Shown here in pieces: positions 18,563 to 28,933 of a stretch of DNA of 63,990 nucleotides. Every line of letters starts with the position of its first letter. The first letter of the stretch is position 1. The position numbers were made by a program, and so were the translations under genes. This stretch comes from Thermoanaerobaculia bacterium (GTDB lineage Bacteria; Acidobacteriota; Thermoanaerobaculia; Thermoanaerobaculales; Sulfomarinibacteraceae): contig JAMOVQ010000012.1 of assembly GCA_027067575.1 (NCBI GenBank), positions 1 to 63,990 of the forward strand, written 5' to 3'. The notes under the pieces were generated by a model. It did not search any database. It worked only from the letters and a program-made list of their open reading frames with translations, and had not been told where the DNA came from.

Positions 18563-20968
18563 CTAGAAAGTCGTCCCGATCGAGAACTGGAAGTCGCTCG
18601 ACTTCTCGTCGGGGAACGGATCCAGGTTGATGCCGTAGATGAACCGGATCGGCGCCTGGAAGATCGGCAGGAAGATCCGGATCTCCACGCCGGTGGTCTT
18701 GCGGAACAGGCCAAGGTTCCATCCCTGGTCCTCGAAATAGGTGTTGCCCATGTCTGCGAAGAACACGAGCTTGACGGGACCACCGAGCCGGATCTGGTAC
18801 TCGACGTTGAGCAGCCAGTACCGGTCGCCACCGAGGCGGGAACCGCCCTCCGTCAGGAAGTACTGTCCATCCTTGGTCCGCGGCACCACGGTGTAGTACG
18901 GGATCCCCCGCAGCGACCGGTCGCCGCCCAGCCGGTACCGCTCGTAGATCGGTATCCTCGAGTCCCGGTAGGTGAAGAACTGCCCGGCGGCGATGTTGTA
19001 CGCAAAGATCGTTCGCCGCGTCAGCGGATGGAAGTTGGTGAACATCATCTCCGGGCGCACGTAGTCGTAGTCCCCACCCAGGAGCCCGCCTGCGAGACGG
19101 ACCCTGGACACGAACCGCCGGCCACGGTTGGGGTCGAACGGATCGTCCCTCGAATCGTACACGTACGCCGGTGTGAACGATGCCGTCGTGCCCTTGAACA
19201 CCTCGTAGGTCCGCTCCGGGGCCTCGTAGAACGGTGGTGGCAGGTCGATGGGGCGGTCGTGTCCTCCGGTCGGGTCGCCCGGGAACCCCATCCTGACCAC
19301 CGCATACTTCGACGTCACGTCCTCGTAGGCGAACAACGTCGTGATCGTATCGAACGGTCCCAGACCGAACCCCAGCGTGACGCTGCCCCCCCGCGTCTCG
19401 CGGTAGAAGTCGGCAACGTCGAGGTTCGTGCTGAAGATCGAGGCCCCCAGCAGGATCCGCTTGTCGAGGAAGTACGGCTCCGAGAAGCTGATGGTGTAGT
19501 AATCGGAACGGCGCCCGGTCTGAAGTGAGACCCCGAGGGTCTCGCCGCGTCCGAGGAAGTTGCGGGTGTTGAACATCGCCTGGGCGAAGAACCCGTCGAG
19601 CTCGGAGTACCCGGCACCGAACTGCATGTCGTTCCGGCCGACCTCGTGCCCCTTGACGTTGACGTTGACCCGCTTGTTCTCGTCGTCGAAGGTGAACTCC
19701 AGCGGATCGTCCTCCAGCTTCCAGTACCCGAGGGCGTTGACCTTGTACACCGAACGCTTGAAGCTGCCCATGTTCATCCAGGAGCCCTCGCTGACGAGGA
19801 ACTGCCGCCGGAGGACCTTGTCGCGCGTCTTGGTGTTCCCCTTGAACTCCAGCCGCCCCAGGCGGTACCGGTCACCCTCGAACACCTCGATGGTGACGTT
19901 GACCACGTGGTCGGCGTCAGGATCGTTCTCCAGCACCTGGTTTGCGTAGGCGTAGACGTACCCGCGGTTGTGGTACATGTCCTGGATCGCGTCGAGGCCG
20001 CTCTTGATCACCTTCTTGCTGTACCACTTGCCCGAGGTCACCTGAAACAGCCGTTCGAGCTGGTGTTCTTTGAACACCTTCGTGCCGTGGACCCGGACCT
20101 TCCCGACCCGGAACCGCTCCCCTTCCTCCACGGGCACCACGAGCTTGACGCGGTACTTCTTCTTCTTGAGCTCCTTGGCCTCGGGATGCTTCGCGATCAG
20201 CTCGACTTTCGGCTTGCCGATCTTGATGTCCTTGTACCCGTGGTCCATGTAGAAGTCGCGGAGCGCCTTCTCGTCCTCCTCCCAGGAGCTCTCGGAGTAG
20301 ATGATCTTCTTGCCCCAGGGGCGGTACCAGTGCGTCTCCTTGGTCTTCTTGAGCACGTGCCGCAGCTTGGAGTCCGAGAACACCTCGTTGCCATCGAACT
20401 CAACCCGCTCGATCTTGACCTTCGCGCCCTCGTCGATGTGGAAGGTGACCTGCTTCTCGTTCTTCGACAGGTCCTCGATGGTGTAATCGACCTTCGCCGA
20501 GAGGTACCCGGCGACCTTGTAGATCTCCTTCAGCACGGCCCGAATCCGGTCGAGCTCCGGGATCCTCAGCGGGACGTTGCGGGGCAGCTCGATCCCGACC
20601 TGGTCCAGCTTGTCCTTGAGGTCGCTCGTGGAGAGCTTCTTGTTTCCTTCGAAGATCACACTCCGGACGAACGGCCGCTCCTTGACCACCACGATCAGCT
20701 TGACCTGCCCATCCGGCTCGTCCTCCTCCTCGATCTTCAGGTCCTCGAACAGCCCCGAGTCCCACAGCCGGTGGAACCCCTCGTTGATCGCCGCGTGATC
20801 GAGCGGATCTCCGGGTTCCAGCCCCAGGTAGTACTCCACCGTGTCCACGGTGACGGTGATCCCGCCCTCCACCACGATGTCCGCGATCTCGGGCCGGTCC
20901 TCGGCGGCTCCTAGGAACCCGGCTGCCCACACCACCATGACCAGGACGGTCAGTACGAACCGCTTCAC
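18563..20968 (-). CDS. bamA: Outer membrane protein assembly factor
   Basis: POTRA repeats, GNTKTRDKVLRRQ, FGAGYS, NFLGRG, RLGGDRSLRG, C-terminal FQFSIGTTF. Confidence 0.95.
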   Translation of the reverse strand: MKRFVLTVLVMVVWAAGFLGAAEDRPEIADIVVEGGITVTVDTVEYYLGLEPGDPLDHAAINEGFHRLWDSGLFEDLKIEEEDEPDGQVKLIVVVKERPFVRSVIFEGNKKLSTSDLKDKLDQVGIELPRNVPLRIPELDRIRAVLKEIYKVAGYLSAKVDYTIEDLSKNEKQVTFHIDEGAKVKIERVEFDGNEVFSDSKLRHVLKKTKETHWYRPWGKKIIYSESSWEEDEKALRDFYMDHGYKDIKIGKPKVELIAKHPEAKELKKKKYRVKLVVPVEEGERFRVGKVRVHGTKVFKEHQLERLFQVTSGKWYSKKVIKSGLDAIQDMYHNRGYVYAYANQVLENDPDADHVVNVTIEVFEGDRYRLGRLEFKGNTKTRDKVLRRQFLVSEGSWMNMGSFKRSVYKVNALGYWKLEDDPLEFTFDDENKRVNVNVKGHEVGRNDMQFGAGYSELDGFFAQAMFNTRNFLGRGETLGVSLQTGRRSDYYTISFSEPYFLDKRILLGASIFSTNLDVADFYRETRGGSVTLGFGLGPFDTITTLFAYEDVTSKYAVVRMGFPGDPTGGHDRPIDLPPPFYEAPERTYEVFKGTTASFTPAYVYDSRDDPFDPNRGRRFVSRVRLAGGLLGGDYDYVRPEMMFTNFHPLTRRTIFAYNIAAGQFFTYRDSRIPIYERYRLGGDRSLRGIPYYTVVPRTKDGQYFLTEGGSRLGGDRYWLLNVEYQIRLGGPVKLVFFADMGNTYFEDQGWNLGLFRKTTGVEIRIFLPIFQAPIRFIYGINLDPFPDEKSSDFQFSIGTTF

Positions 20969-23403
20969 TGGGCCTCCTGCGTCTGCTCGACCGCCTCGAG
21001 ATCCACCACGGCCAGCGTCTCACCGCGCAGCTCGACGCGCAGGCGCTCGCCACCCCGCCGCCCCCGGCGCGCGATCAGGTGGTCGGCCACGGCGTCCTCC
21101 ACCCACCGCTGGACGAGCCGCCGGAGCGGCCGTGCTCCCGCCCTCGGATCGACGCCGGCACGGTCCACGAGCCAGCGTGCCAGCGCCTCGTCCCACTCCA
21201 GGTGGACGCCGTGCCGCCGGAGGTTCTCCACCGTCTCGTCCAGGAGGAGCCGTGCCACGGCGTGGAGGCTCGCGCCGTCCAGCGGCCTGAAGACGATGAC
21301 GTCGTCGAGCCGGTTGAGGAACTCCGGCGGGAAGTGCTTGCGAAGGTTGCGATCGACGAGCTCCTCCAGCCCAGCAGCCGACACATCGCCCGCCGACGTC
21401 TCGCCGAAGCCGACCCGGTCGGCCGGCACCATGTGACGGGAGCCCAGGTTCGAGGTCATGATGATGATCGTGTTGGTGAAGTCCACGACGTTGCCGTAGT
21501 TGTCCGTCAGCCGGCCGTCTTCGAGCACCTGGAGCAGCAGGTTGTAGATGTCCGGGTGGGCCTTCTCGATCTCGTCGAGCAACACGACCGAGTACGGGTT
21601 GCGCCGCACCTGCTCCGACAGCTGACCGCCCTCCTCGAACCCCACGTAGCCGGGGGGTGATCCAACCAGCCGCGAGACGGTGTGCTTCTCCATGTACTCC
21701 GACATGTCGAACCGCACGATCCTGCGCGGATCCTGGAACAGGAACCGCGCGAGCTGGCGGGCGACCTCCGTCTTGCCGACGCCGGACGGCCCCAGGAAGA
21801 TGAACGACCCGATGGGCCGGTTGGGGCTCGTGACTCCGAGACGGCTCCTCCGGATCGCCCGGGCCAGGGCGCCGATCGCCTCGTCCTGGCCCACCACCCG
21901 CTGGCGCAGGATCTCCTCCATCCGCTGGAGCCGCTCGGCCTCGTCCTCCTTGATCGAGGTTATCGGGATCCCCGTCCAGGAGGCGACCACATCCTCCACG
22001 TCCTCGCGCGTCACCATCGAGGAACCCTCCGACCCTCCCACGGTGCGCTCGAGCATCTCGATCTCCTCCCGCAGCCGGAGCTCCTCCTCGCGAAGCTCCA
22101 CGGCCCGGTCGAACTCCTTGCGGGAGATCGCCTCCTTCATCGATCCCACGACATCCTGCATCTCCTGACGAACCCGCTGGAGTGTCGTCGTGCTCTCCGC
22201 GTTGCGCAGCTTGACCCTGGCGCCGGCCTCGTCGATGACGTCGATCGCCTTGTCCGGAAAGAACCGGTCCGTGATGTACCGTCCGGACAGCCGGACCGCC
22301 GAGACCACGGCCTCTGCGTCGTACCGGATCCCGTGGAACGCCTCGTACCGGTCCCGGACGCCAAGCAGGATCTCGATCGTCTCCTCCTCGTCCGGCTGGC
22401 GGATGACCACCGGCTGGAACCGTCTCGAGAGGGCGCGATCCTTCTCGATGTACTTCCGGTACTCTTTCATCGTCGTGGCACCGATGCAGGTCAGCTCCCC
22501 GCGCGACAGGGCCGGCTTGAGGATGTTGGCCGCATCGAGGGAGCCCTCCGCGGAACCGGTCCCGATCAGCGAGTGGATCTCGTCGATGAAGATGATGATC
22601 TCGGGGTGTTCCTGGAGCTCCTTGAGCAGCCCCTTGAGCCGCTCCTCGAACTGTCCCCGGTACTTCGTCCCGGCGACGAGCAGCGACAGGTCGAGCGCCA
22701 GGATCCTGCGGTCTGACAGAAAGAGCGGCACCCTTCCCTCGACGATCCGGACGGCCAGCCCCTCGACGATGGCGGTCTTCCCGACGCCGGCCTCACCGAG
22801 GAGGAGCGGGTTGTTCTTCGTCCGGCGAGAGAGGATCTGGATCATCCGGTCCACCTCCTGCTCCCGGCCGATCAACGGATCGAACACCCCCTGGGCCGCC
22901 AACTGAGTCAGGTCTCTCGAGTACTCCGTCAGGTTCGGGGTGGAACGGGCGTTCTCCTCGAGCTCCCGTTCCCGGCCGAGCCGGGCGATCTCGTTCCGGG
23001 CCTCGGCGAGGTCGACCCCGTGCTCCTCGAGGTACTGCGCGGCCAGACTGTCCTCGATCCGGAGCAGCCCGAGGATCAGATGCTCCGTGCCGACGGACTC
23101 GTGCCCGAGCTGCTCGGCCTCGTAGACGGCGTGCGCCAGCGCCCGCTTGGTTTCCTCGGCCAGGGGCAGATCCGGCGAGGCGCTGACCCTGGAAGTCACC
23201 GCGAGTTCCCCGATCAACTCCTCCCGGAGCTCCTGGAGGTCCACCTCGAGCCGTTCCAGGACCTCCACGAGCGTCTCGTCGGCCTCCCGCAGCAGGCCGA
23301 GCAACAGGTGCTCCGCCCCGATCACGCGGCTGCGTGCGCGGCTCGCCTCGTACCGGGCGAAGAAGAGGCTGCGACGAGCGTGCTCGTTGAACTTCTCAAA
23401 CAT
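20965..23403 (-). CDS. clpC: ATP-dependent Clp protease ATPase subunit (ClpC type)
   Basis: Two Clp-N repeats, [22 protein letters not shown]-like coil, [19 protein letters not shown]. Confidence 0.9.
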   Translation of the reverse strand: MFEKFNEHARRSLFFARYEASRARSRVIGAEHLLLGLLREADETLVEVLERLEVDLQELREELIGELAVTSRVSASPDLPLAEETKRALAHAVYEAEQLGHESVGTEHLILGLLRIEDSLAAQYLEEHGVDLAEARNEIARLGRERELEENARSTPNLTEYSRDLTQLAAQGVFDPLIGREQEVDRMIQILSRRTKNNPLLLGEAGVGKTAIVEGLAVRIVEGRVPLFLSDRRILALDLSLLVAGTKYRGQFEERLKGLLKELQEHPEIIIFIDEIHSLIGTGSAEGSLDAANILKPALSRGELTCIGATTMKEYRKYIEKDRALSRRFQPVVIRQPDEEETIEILLGVRDRYEAFHGIRYDAEAVVSAVRLSGRYITDRFFPDKAIDVIDEAGARVKLRNAESTTTLQRVRQEMQDVVGSMKEAISRKEFDRAVELREEELRLREEIEMLERTVGGSEGSSMVTREDVEDVVASWTGIPITSIKEDEAERLQRMEEILRQRVVGQDEAIGALARAIRRSRLGVTSPNRPIGSFIFLGPSGVGKTEVARQLARFLFQDPRRIVRFDMSEYMEKHTVSRLVGSPPGYVGFEEGGQLSEQVRRNPYSVVLLDEIEKAHPDIYNLLLQVLEDGRLTDNYGNVVDFTNTIIIMTSNLGSRHMVPADRVGFGETSAGDVSAAGLEELVDRNLRKHFPPEFLNRLDDVIVFRPLDGASLHAVARLLLDETVENLRRHGVHLEWDEALARWLVDRAGVDPRAGARPLRRLVQRWVEDAVADHLIARRGRRGGERLRVELRGETLAVVDLEAVEQTQEAQ

Positions 23404-24079
23404 GCGTCACCGTGCTGGCCGGATCGAGCCTGACGACACGATCGCACCGACTGGCCAGCCCTTCGTTGTGCGTCACTATAACCGAGGTCAAACCCTCCTT
23501 CAAATGAAGCTCCCGGATGAGCGAGAACACCTTCTCGGCGCTTTCCCGGTCGAGGTTCCCGGTCGGTTCGTCGGCCAGCAGGATCCCTGGTCCCATGGCC
23601 AGCGCACGGGCCACCGCGACCCGTTGTTGCTCGCCCCCCGACAGCTCGTCCGGGTAGTGGTGGGCCCTTCCGGAGAGCCCGACCCGCTCCAGCAACGCCC
23701 CGGCCCGCTCCCGCGCCTCGCGCCGGCTCCGTCCGCCGATCCGCAGCGGAAGCGCCACGTTGTCCCTGGCGTCCAGCTCGTCCAGCAGGTAATGGAACTG
23801 GAACACGAACCCGATCAGCCGGTTCCGGAGCGCCGCTCTCTCCGCCGGACCGAGGGATGCCACGGGCACACCGTCCAGCTCGATCGAGCCCGCGTCCGGC
23901 CGATCCAGCAGCCCGATCAGGTGGAGCAGTGTGCTCTTGCCCACCCCGGATGGACCGACCACCGCGACCATCTCGCCGCGGCCGATCTCCATGTCGAGAT
24001 CGCGCAGGACCTCGACCCGGCGCTCGCCCTCCCCGTACCCCTTGCACACCCCCTCGAGACGGACCATCGGATCACTCAT
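23396..24079 (-). CDS. lolD: Lipoprotein-releasing ABC transporter ATP-binding protein
   Basis: [38 protein letters not shown]; follows the LolC/E-like permease. Confidence 0.85.
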   Translation of the reverse strand: MSDPMVRLEGVCKGYGEGERRVEVLRDLDMEIGRGEMVAVVGPSGVGKSTLLHLIGLLDRPDAGSIELDGVPVASLGPAERAALRNRLIGFVFQFHYLLDELDARDNVALPLRIGGRSRREARERAGALLERVGLSGRAHHYPDELSGGEQQRVAVARALAMGPGILLADEPTGNLDRESAEKVFSLIRELHLKEGLTSVIVTHNEGLASRCDRVVRLDPASTVTHV

Positions 24080-25223
24080 ACCGCAACCCCTCGGCCGGTT
24101 CGCGCCGGGCCACCGTACGGGCCGGGAGCCACGCCGCAAGGGTCGCCAGGATCAGCGAAAACACCATCACGACGGCCACCGTCACCGGTTGCACACGAAA
24201 CGGAACCGCCGTCACCGCGAAGACGCCCCGCGGCAGGGGGAGAGCCCCCGTCCTGTCCAGGACCATCGCCAGCCCCGCCCCAAGCCCCGCCCCGAGCGCC
24301 GTGGCCGCGGCGCCGATCATGACCCCCAGTCCGAGGAAGAGCCGGCGCACCCTGGCGGGAGCCATCCCCAGGCCGGAGAGCACCGCCAGGTCCCGCCGCT
24401 TCCCGGCGGCCACCATGGCGACGTTGCACAGCAGGTTGAGTGCCGCCACCACGAGCATCAGCCCCACGGCGAGGAACAGCATCGCCCGCTCCAGGGCGAG
24501 GGCAAGGAACAGCGGCCGGTGGAGGTCGCCGATCCCCTCCACCCGAAGCGAGCCCCGGCGATCTCCGAGCGCCTCGCGCACACGCGCCGCGAGGTGCCAC
24601 GGATCGGCTGGATCCCGAAGCTCCAGCGCCTCCACGGCGGGGCGCCCCCACAGGATGCGCTGGACGACCGCGAGGGGCGCAACCAGCACGCCGCCCTCCC
24701 CGGCTCCGGGCTCCCGTGGGATCACCTCCCCGATCTCGAGTCCGGCCCGGACCGGCACGGGACCGAGCGGCGTCAGCCGGGTCCGGGGCGAGAGGACACG
24801 AACCGTGTCACCCGGCCCGACGGCCAGCCGCGCCGCGAGGACCCTGTCCGCCGCGACCCCCTCGACGTCCGAGCGTCCGACCAGCCGGGCCGGGACCGTC
24901 CCCCCGGGGCCGGCCACGAGGCAGCTTCCCGTCACGACCTCCTCCACCGTCGCATCGCCGAGGGACTCTTGCAGCCGACGTGCCAGCCCGTCGGGATCGC
25001 CCAGCAGTCGCCCCGACGCCGCCGAGACCCGGGCGTGGGCCGAGAGCCGGACGAGCTCCCCGCGGATGGTCGACTGGAACCCTTCCAGCAACGCCAGGGT
25101 GACCACGAGCGCGAGCACCCCGAGCGTCAGGCCGACGAGGGAGATCGCCGTGACGGTGGCCACGTGGGTCCTGCGGCCCAGGCCGAGCAGGTAGCGCGCC
25201 GCCAGGGCGAACTCGACGGGCAC
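24072..25223 (-). CDS. LolC/E-family (FtsX-like) ABC transporter permease
   Basis: N-terminal TM helix, periplasmic domain, three C-terminal TMs, [20 protein letters not shown]; context lysS-lolD. Confidence 0.85.
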   Translation of the reverse strand: MPVEFALAARYLLGLGRRTHVATVTAISLVGLTLGVLALVVTLALLEGFQSTIRGELVRLSAHARVSAASGRLLGDPDGLARRLQESLGDATVEEVVTGSCLVAGPGGTVPARLVGRSDVEGVAADRVLAARLAVGPGDTVRVLSPRTRLTPLGPVPVRAGLEIGEVIPREPGAGEGGVLVAPLAVVQRILWGRPAVEALELRDPADPWHLAARVREALGDRRGSLRVEGIGDLHRPLFLALALERAMLFLAVGLMLVVAALNLLCNVAMVAAGKRRDLAVLSGLGMAPARVRRLFLGLGVMIGAAATALGAGLGAGLAMVLDRTGALPLPRGVFAVTAVPFRVQPVTVAVVMVFSLILATLAAWLPARTVARREPAEGLRYE

Positions 25224-25227
25224 CGTC

Positions 25228-26715
25228 TCACTCCCCCTCCCGGGGCCGCAGCAGCGGGAAGAGGATGACGTCGCGGATCGACTGACGCCCCGTCATCAGC
25301 ATGACGAGACGGTCGATGCCGATCCCCTCCCCTCCCGTCGGCGGCATCCCGTGCTCGAGGGCGAGCAGGAAGTCCTCGTCCACCGTACCGCCACTGCGGC
25401 GTGCCTGCTCCTCGAGACGCCGACGCTGCTCCGCCGGGTCGTTGAGCTCCGTGTAGGCGTTGGCCAGCTCCATCCCACCGACGAACAGCTCGAACCGCTC
25501 CACGGTGTCGGGATCGGACGGGGACGACTTCGCCAGCGGCGAGATGTCCCGCGGGAAGTCGATGATGAAAGTCGGGTCGATCAGGCGCGGCTCCGCCGTC
25601 ACCTCGAACAGCTCCGCCAGCAGCTTCCCGTCGGACCGCTCCTCGATCCGCTCCACCCCGAGGCGCCGGGCCGCCGACTCCATGGCCGCACGGTCGGCCA
25701 GATCGGCCTCCTCGAGGTCCGAATATGCCAGGATGGCGTCCCGGAGCGTCAGCCGCCGCCACGGCCGGGAGAGGTCGATCGTCCCCTCGCCCCACGGCAG
25801 GGTCAGGCTCCCCACGGCCTCCTCTGCCACGGCGGTCAGCATCGCCTCGGTGAACTCCATCAGGAGCTCGTAGTCGGCGTACGCCCAGTAGAACTCCAGC
25901 ATGGTGAACTCAGGGTTGTGCCGGGTGGAGATCCCCTCGTTGCGGAAGTTCCGGTTGAGCTCGAACACCCGCTCGAACCCGCCGACGATCAACCGCTTCA
26001 GGTACAGTTCCGGGGCGATCCGGAGGTAGAGGTCGAGATCCAGCGCGTTGTGGTGCGTGACGAACGGCCGGGCGGTGGCCCCACCCGGGATCGGGTGCAT
26101 CATCGGCGTCTCGACCTCGAGAAACCCGTGCTCCCCCAGGAACCGCCTGAGCGCGGCGACGATCCTCGAACGGATCTCGAACACCCGGCGCGACTCCGGG
26201 TTGGCCACGAGGTCGAGGTACCGCTGGCGCGCCCGGGCCTCCCGGTCGGCGAGACCGTGGTACTTCTCGGGGAGAGGGCGCAGCGCCTTCGCCAGCACGC
26301 TCAGGCGCTCCACCGCCACCGTGAGCTCGCCCGTCCGCGTCCTGAACAGGACGCCCTCGGCACCGGCGAAGTCGCCGAGGTCCAGGAGCTTGAAAACGGC
26401 CCAGTCGTTCTCGGGGAGCCGGTCCTTCCGGACGTGAAGCTGGATCCGCGTCGCGCCGTCGTTGAGGTCGACGAACGCCGCCTTCCCATGCCCGCGGATC
26501 GCCCGGACACGCCCGGCGAGGCGGACCGCGGGCCGCGCCTCCTCCAGCGCCGCGGCGTCGGCGTCCTTCCAGCGCGCCACCACGTCCGTGATCGACGTCT
26601 CCACGCGGTAGCGCGCCGGGTACGGCTCGACGCCGAGCTCCCGGAGCGCCTCGAGCTTGGCCACACGGTTGGCGATCAGCTGCTCCAGCGGCTGCTGGGT
26701 TCCGTCGTCGGGCAC
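25228..26715 (-). CDS. lysS: Lysyl-tRNA synthetase (class II)
   Basis: GGGGAGG SD then GTG 26715; RGHGKAAF, FRTRTGE, FRNEGISTRHNPEFT, GMPPTGGEGIGIDR. Confidence 0.95.
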   Translation of the reverse strand: MPDDGTQQPLEQLIANRVAKLEALRELGVEPYPARYRVETSITDVVARWKDADAAALEEARPAVRLAGRVRAIRGHGKAAFVDLNDGATRIQLHVRKDRLPENDWAVFKLLDLGDFAGAEGVLFRTRTGELTVAVERLSVLAKALRPLPEKYHGLADREARARQRYLDLVANPESRRVFEIRSRIVAALRRFLGEHGFLEVETPMMHPIPGGATARPFVTHHNALDLDLYLRIAPELYLKRLIVGGFERVFELNRNFRNEGISTRHNPEFTMLEFYWAYADYELLMEFTEAMLTAVAEEAVGSLTLPWGEGTIDLSRPWRRLTLRDAILAYSDLEEADLADRAAMESAARRLGVERIEERSDGKLLAELFEVTAEPRLIDPTFIIDFPRDISPLAKSSPSDPDTVERFELFVGGMELANAYTELNDPAEQRRRLEEQARRSGGTVDEDFLLALEHGMPPTGGEGIGIDRLVMLMTGRQSIRDVILFPLLRPREGE

Positions 26716-26877
26716 GTCGAACCTCCCCACCGGCCGGCCGCGGAGCCCCGGCCCGGGCTTCCCGGCCCGGTCGTCGGCCCGGCCCGCCGAGCGCCGGATT
26801 CTACCACGGGTGAACGGTGCCGCCCGTCCGCCGGCGGCCCACTTGTGGAACGGCGCGGCCGGTGGCATGATGCGCCC

Positions 26878-28101
26878 GTGCCAGGACGTTCGAAGTCGCT
26901 GTTCCGCCGGATCGAGAAGGCGCTGGAGACCATGTCCCGGGGATCCCACCCCCTGGAGACCATCCGTCTGACGGCTGAGTTCCTGGTGGAGAACTTTGCC
27001 TCCGAGCTCGGGCTGACCGGAGGCAGGATCTATGCGGCCGAGAACGGCCAGTACGAGCTGGTGGAAACGTTCGGCACCGTCGCCCGCGCACCCGTAGGGT
27101 TGACGATTCCCCGCACCTACCCGACGCTCCAGCAGCTCCTCGACGAGGGTGCCGTCATGATGGACCGCTCCGACCCCTCCCTCGACGAGGGGCTCGAGGC
27201 CGAGCTGGGCACCCGGGACCGGTTCGCCGCCATCGTGGTCGCCGACGGGGCGTTCGTGCTCTCCTTCGACGTGGCGCCGGGCGCAGACCCCGAGCAGGTG
27301 CTGCCCGCCCTCAACCTGTTCCGCCTCGCCATCAACCAGAAGGTCCGCGAGGAACGGATCGTGGCGCTGCTCGAAGACGCGAAACGGATCCAGACCTCGA
27401 TCCTCCCCCGCAGGATCCCCGAGTACGGCGACTACCGGCTGGCGGCACGGTCGATCCCGGCGGAGATCGTCGGCGGGGACTTCTACGACTTCATCACCAT
27501 CTCGGAGACGAACTTCCACGTGGTCCTGGCCGACGCCGCGGGGCATGGGCTTCCGGCGGCGCTCCAGGTCCGCGACGTCTACACCGGCCTCCGGATGGGG
27601 CTGCTCCGCGAGTACAAGATCACGCGCACGCTCGAACGCCTCAACCGGATCATCCACCGAAGCCGCCTGGCGACGAAGTTCGTCTCCCTCGTCCTCGCCG
27701 AGCTCGAGGTCGGGGGCACCGTGCTGTACGCCAACGCCGGGCACCCCGCGCCGATCCTCGTGCGCGCGAGCGGCACCGTGGAGATGTTGGAGACCCGCGG
27801 GATGATCCTGGGACCACGGCCCGAGGTACGGTACCCCATCGACCTGGTCCGTCTCGAACCCGGCGACCTGCTCGCCCTGTACTCCGACGGCATCACCGAG
27901 GCGCCGTCGGCCGGCGGCGGCGAGGAGTTCGGGGCCGGACGGCTCGTCCGCCTGCTCACCCGGCGGCGAACGGAGCCGGTGGAATCGATCCTGGAGGCGG
28001 TGTTCGAGGCGGTGAAGTCGTTCTCCGGAACCCCGCAGCCGGCCGACGACCAGACCGTCGTCCTGATCAAGCGGGAGATCGAGGAGGAGGAGACACCGTG
28101 A
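26878..28101 (+). CDS. PP2C-type (SpoIIE/RsbU) Ser/Thr phosphatase with N-terminal GAF-like region
   Basis: GGDFYDF, LADAAGHG, NAGHP, YSDGITEA, DDQTVV; GTG start 6 nt after CATGAT. Confidence 0.85.
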   Translation: MPGRSKSLFRRIEKALETMSRGSHPLETIRLTAEFLVENFASELGLTGGRIYAAENGQYELVETFGTVARAPVGLTIPRTYPTLQQLLDEGAVMMDRSDPSLDEGLEAELGTRDRFAAIVVADGAFVLSFDVAPGADPEQVLPALNLFRLAINQKVREERIVALLEDAKRIQTSILPRRIPEYGDYRLAARSIPAEIVGGDFYDFITISETNFHVVLADAAGHGLPAALQVRDVYTGLRMGLLREYKITRTLERLNRIIHRSRLATKFVSLVLAELEVGGTVLYANAGHPAPILVRASGTVEMLETRGMILGPRPEVRYPIDLVRLEPGDLLALYSDGITEAPSAGGGEEFGAGRLVRLLTRRRTEPVESILEAVFEAVKSFSGTPQPADDQTVVLIKREIEEEETP

Positions 28102-28799
28102 GCACCCAGTTCGTCCCGGCATCGTTCTTCGACCTGGAGGGATGGAGCCACGCGACGGTCTTTCCCCCGGACGAACCCGTCTGGAAGGCCCTTGGAGAGA
28201 CGCTGGTTGCGTACCTCGAGGCATGGAACGACTGGAGGGTCCTCGCCGACCTGCCCGATGGGGTCCACCTGCTCGGAGACCGTATCTTCATCGGGCCGGG
28301 ATGCCGGATCGAGCCGGGCGCGGTGATCCAGGGGCCGGTGATCCTCGAGGCCGACGTCGAGGTCCGGACCGGCGCCTACGTCCGCCAGAACGTCCTGGCC
28401 GGGCGTGGAACCCTGATCGGGGCCCACACGGAGGTCAAGGGCGCCATTCTTCTCCCCGGGGCGAAGGCGCCCCACCAGAACTACGTGGGCGACAGTATCC
28501 TCGGCCGGGACGTCAACCTTGGCGCCGGGACGATCCTCTCGAACGTCAAGAACATCGGCCGGGAGGTGACGTTCCGGGCCGGGCGGGAGACCGTGCACAC
28601 CGGGCTCCGAAAGTTCGGGGCGATCCTCGGCGACGGGTGCAGGACAGGGTGCAACACGGTGCTCAACCCCGGCGTCCTGATGGGCCCCGGCTCCGTCACC
28701 TACCCCAACGCCACCCTCCGATCCGGTCACTACCCCGCCCGGACTCTGATCAAGGTCCGCCAGCACCAGACCACGGTCGAGCTCGACCGCCTCCGCTGA
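28098..28799 (+). CDS. Stand-alone left-handed beta-helix acetyltransferase resembling the GlmU acetyltransferase domain
   Basis: Hexapeptide repeats; KAPHQNYVGDSILGRDVNLGAGT, KFGAILGD; no pyrophosphorylase domain. Confidence 0.8.
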   Translation: MSTQFVPASFFDLEGWSHATVFPPDEPVWKALGETLVAYLEAWNDWRVLADLPDGVHLLGDRIFIGPGCRIEPGAVIQGPVILEADVEVRTGAYVRQNVLAGRGTLIGAHTEVKGAILLPGAKAPHQNYVGDSILGRDVNLGAGTILSNVKNIGREVTFRAGRETVHTGLRKFGAILGDGCRTGCNTVLNPGVLMGPGSVTYPNATLRSGHYPARTLIKVRQHQTTVELDRLR

Positions 28800-28933
28800 C
28801 TCAGGGGCTGGGACCAGCCCCCGCCGCACCCAAGGCACCCCAACGGGAGCACCCCCTTGCCGGGACCATCGAGAGATCCGGGAGACTGGCGAGGTATTGC
28901 TGTGGCTCCAGGGAAGGGGACCGGCCCTTCGCG

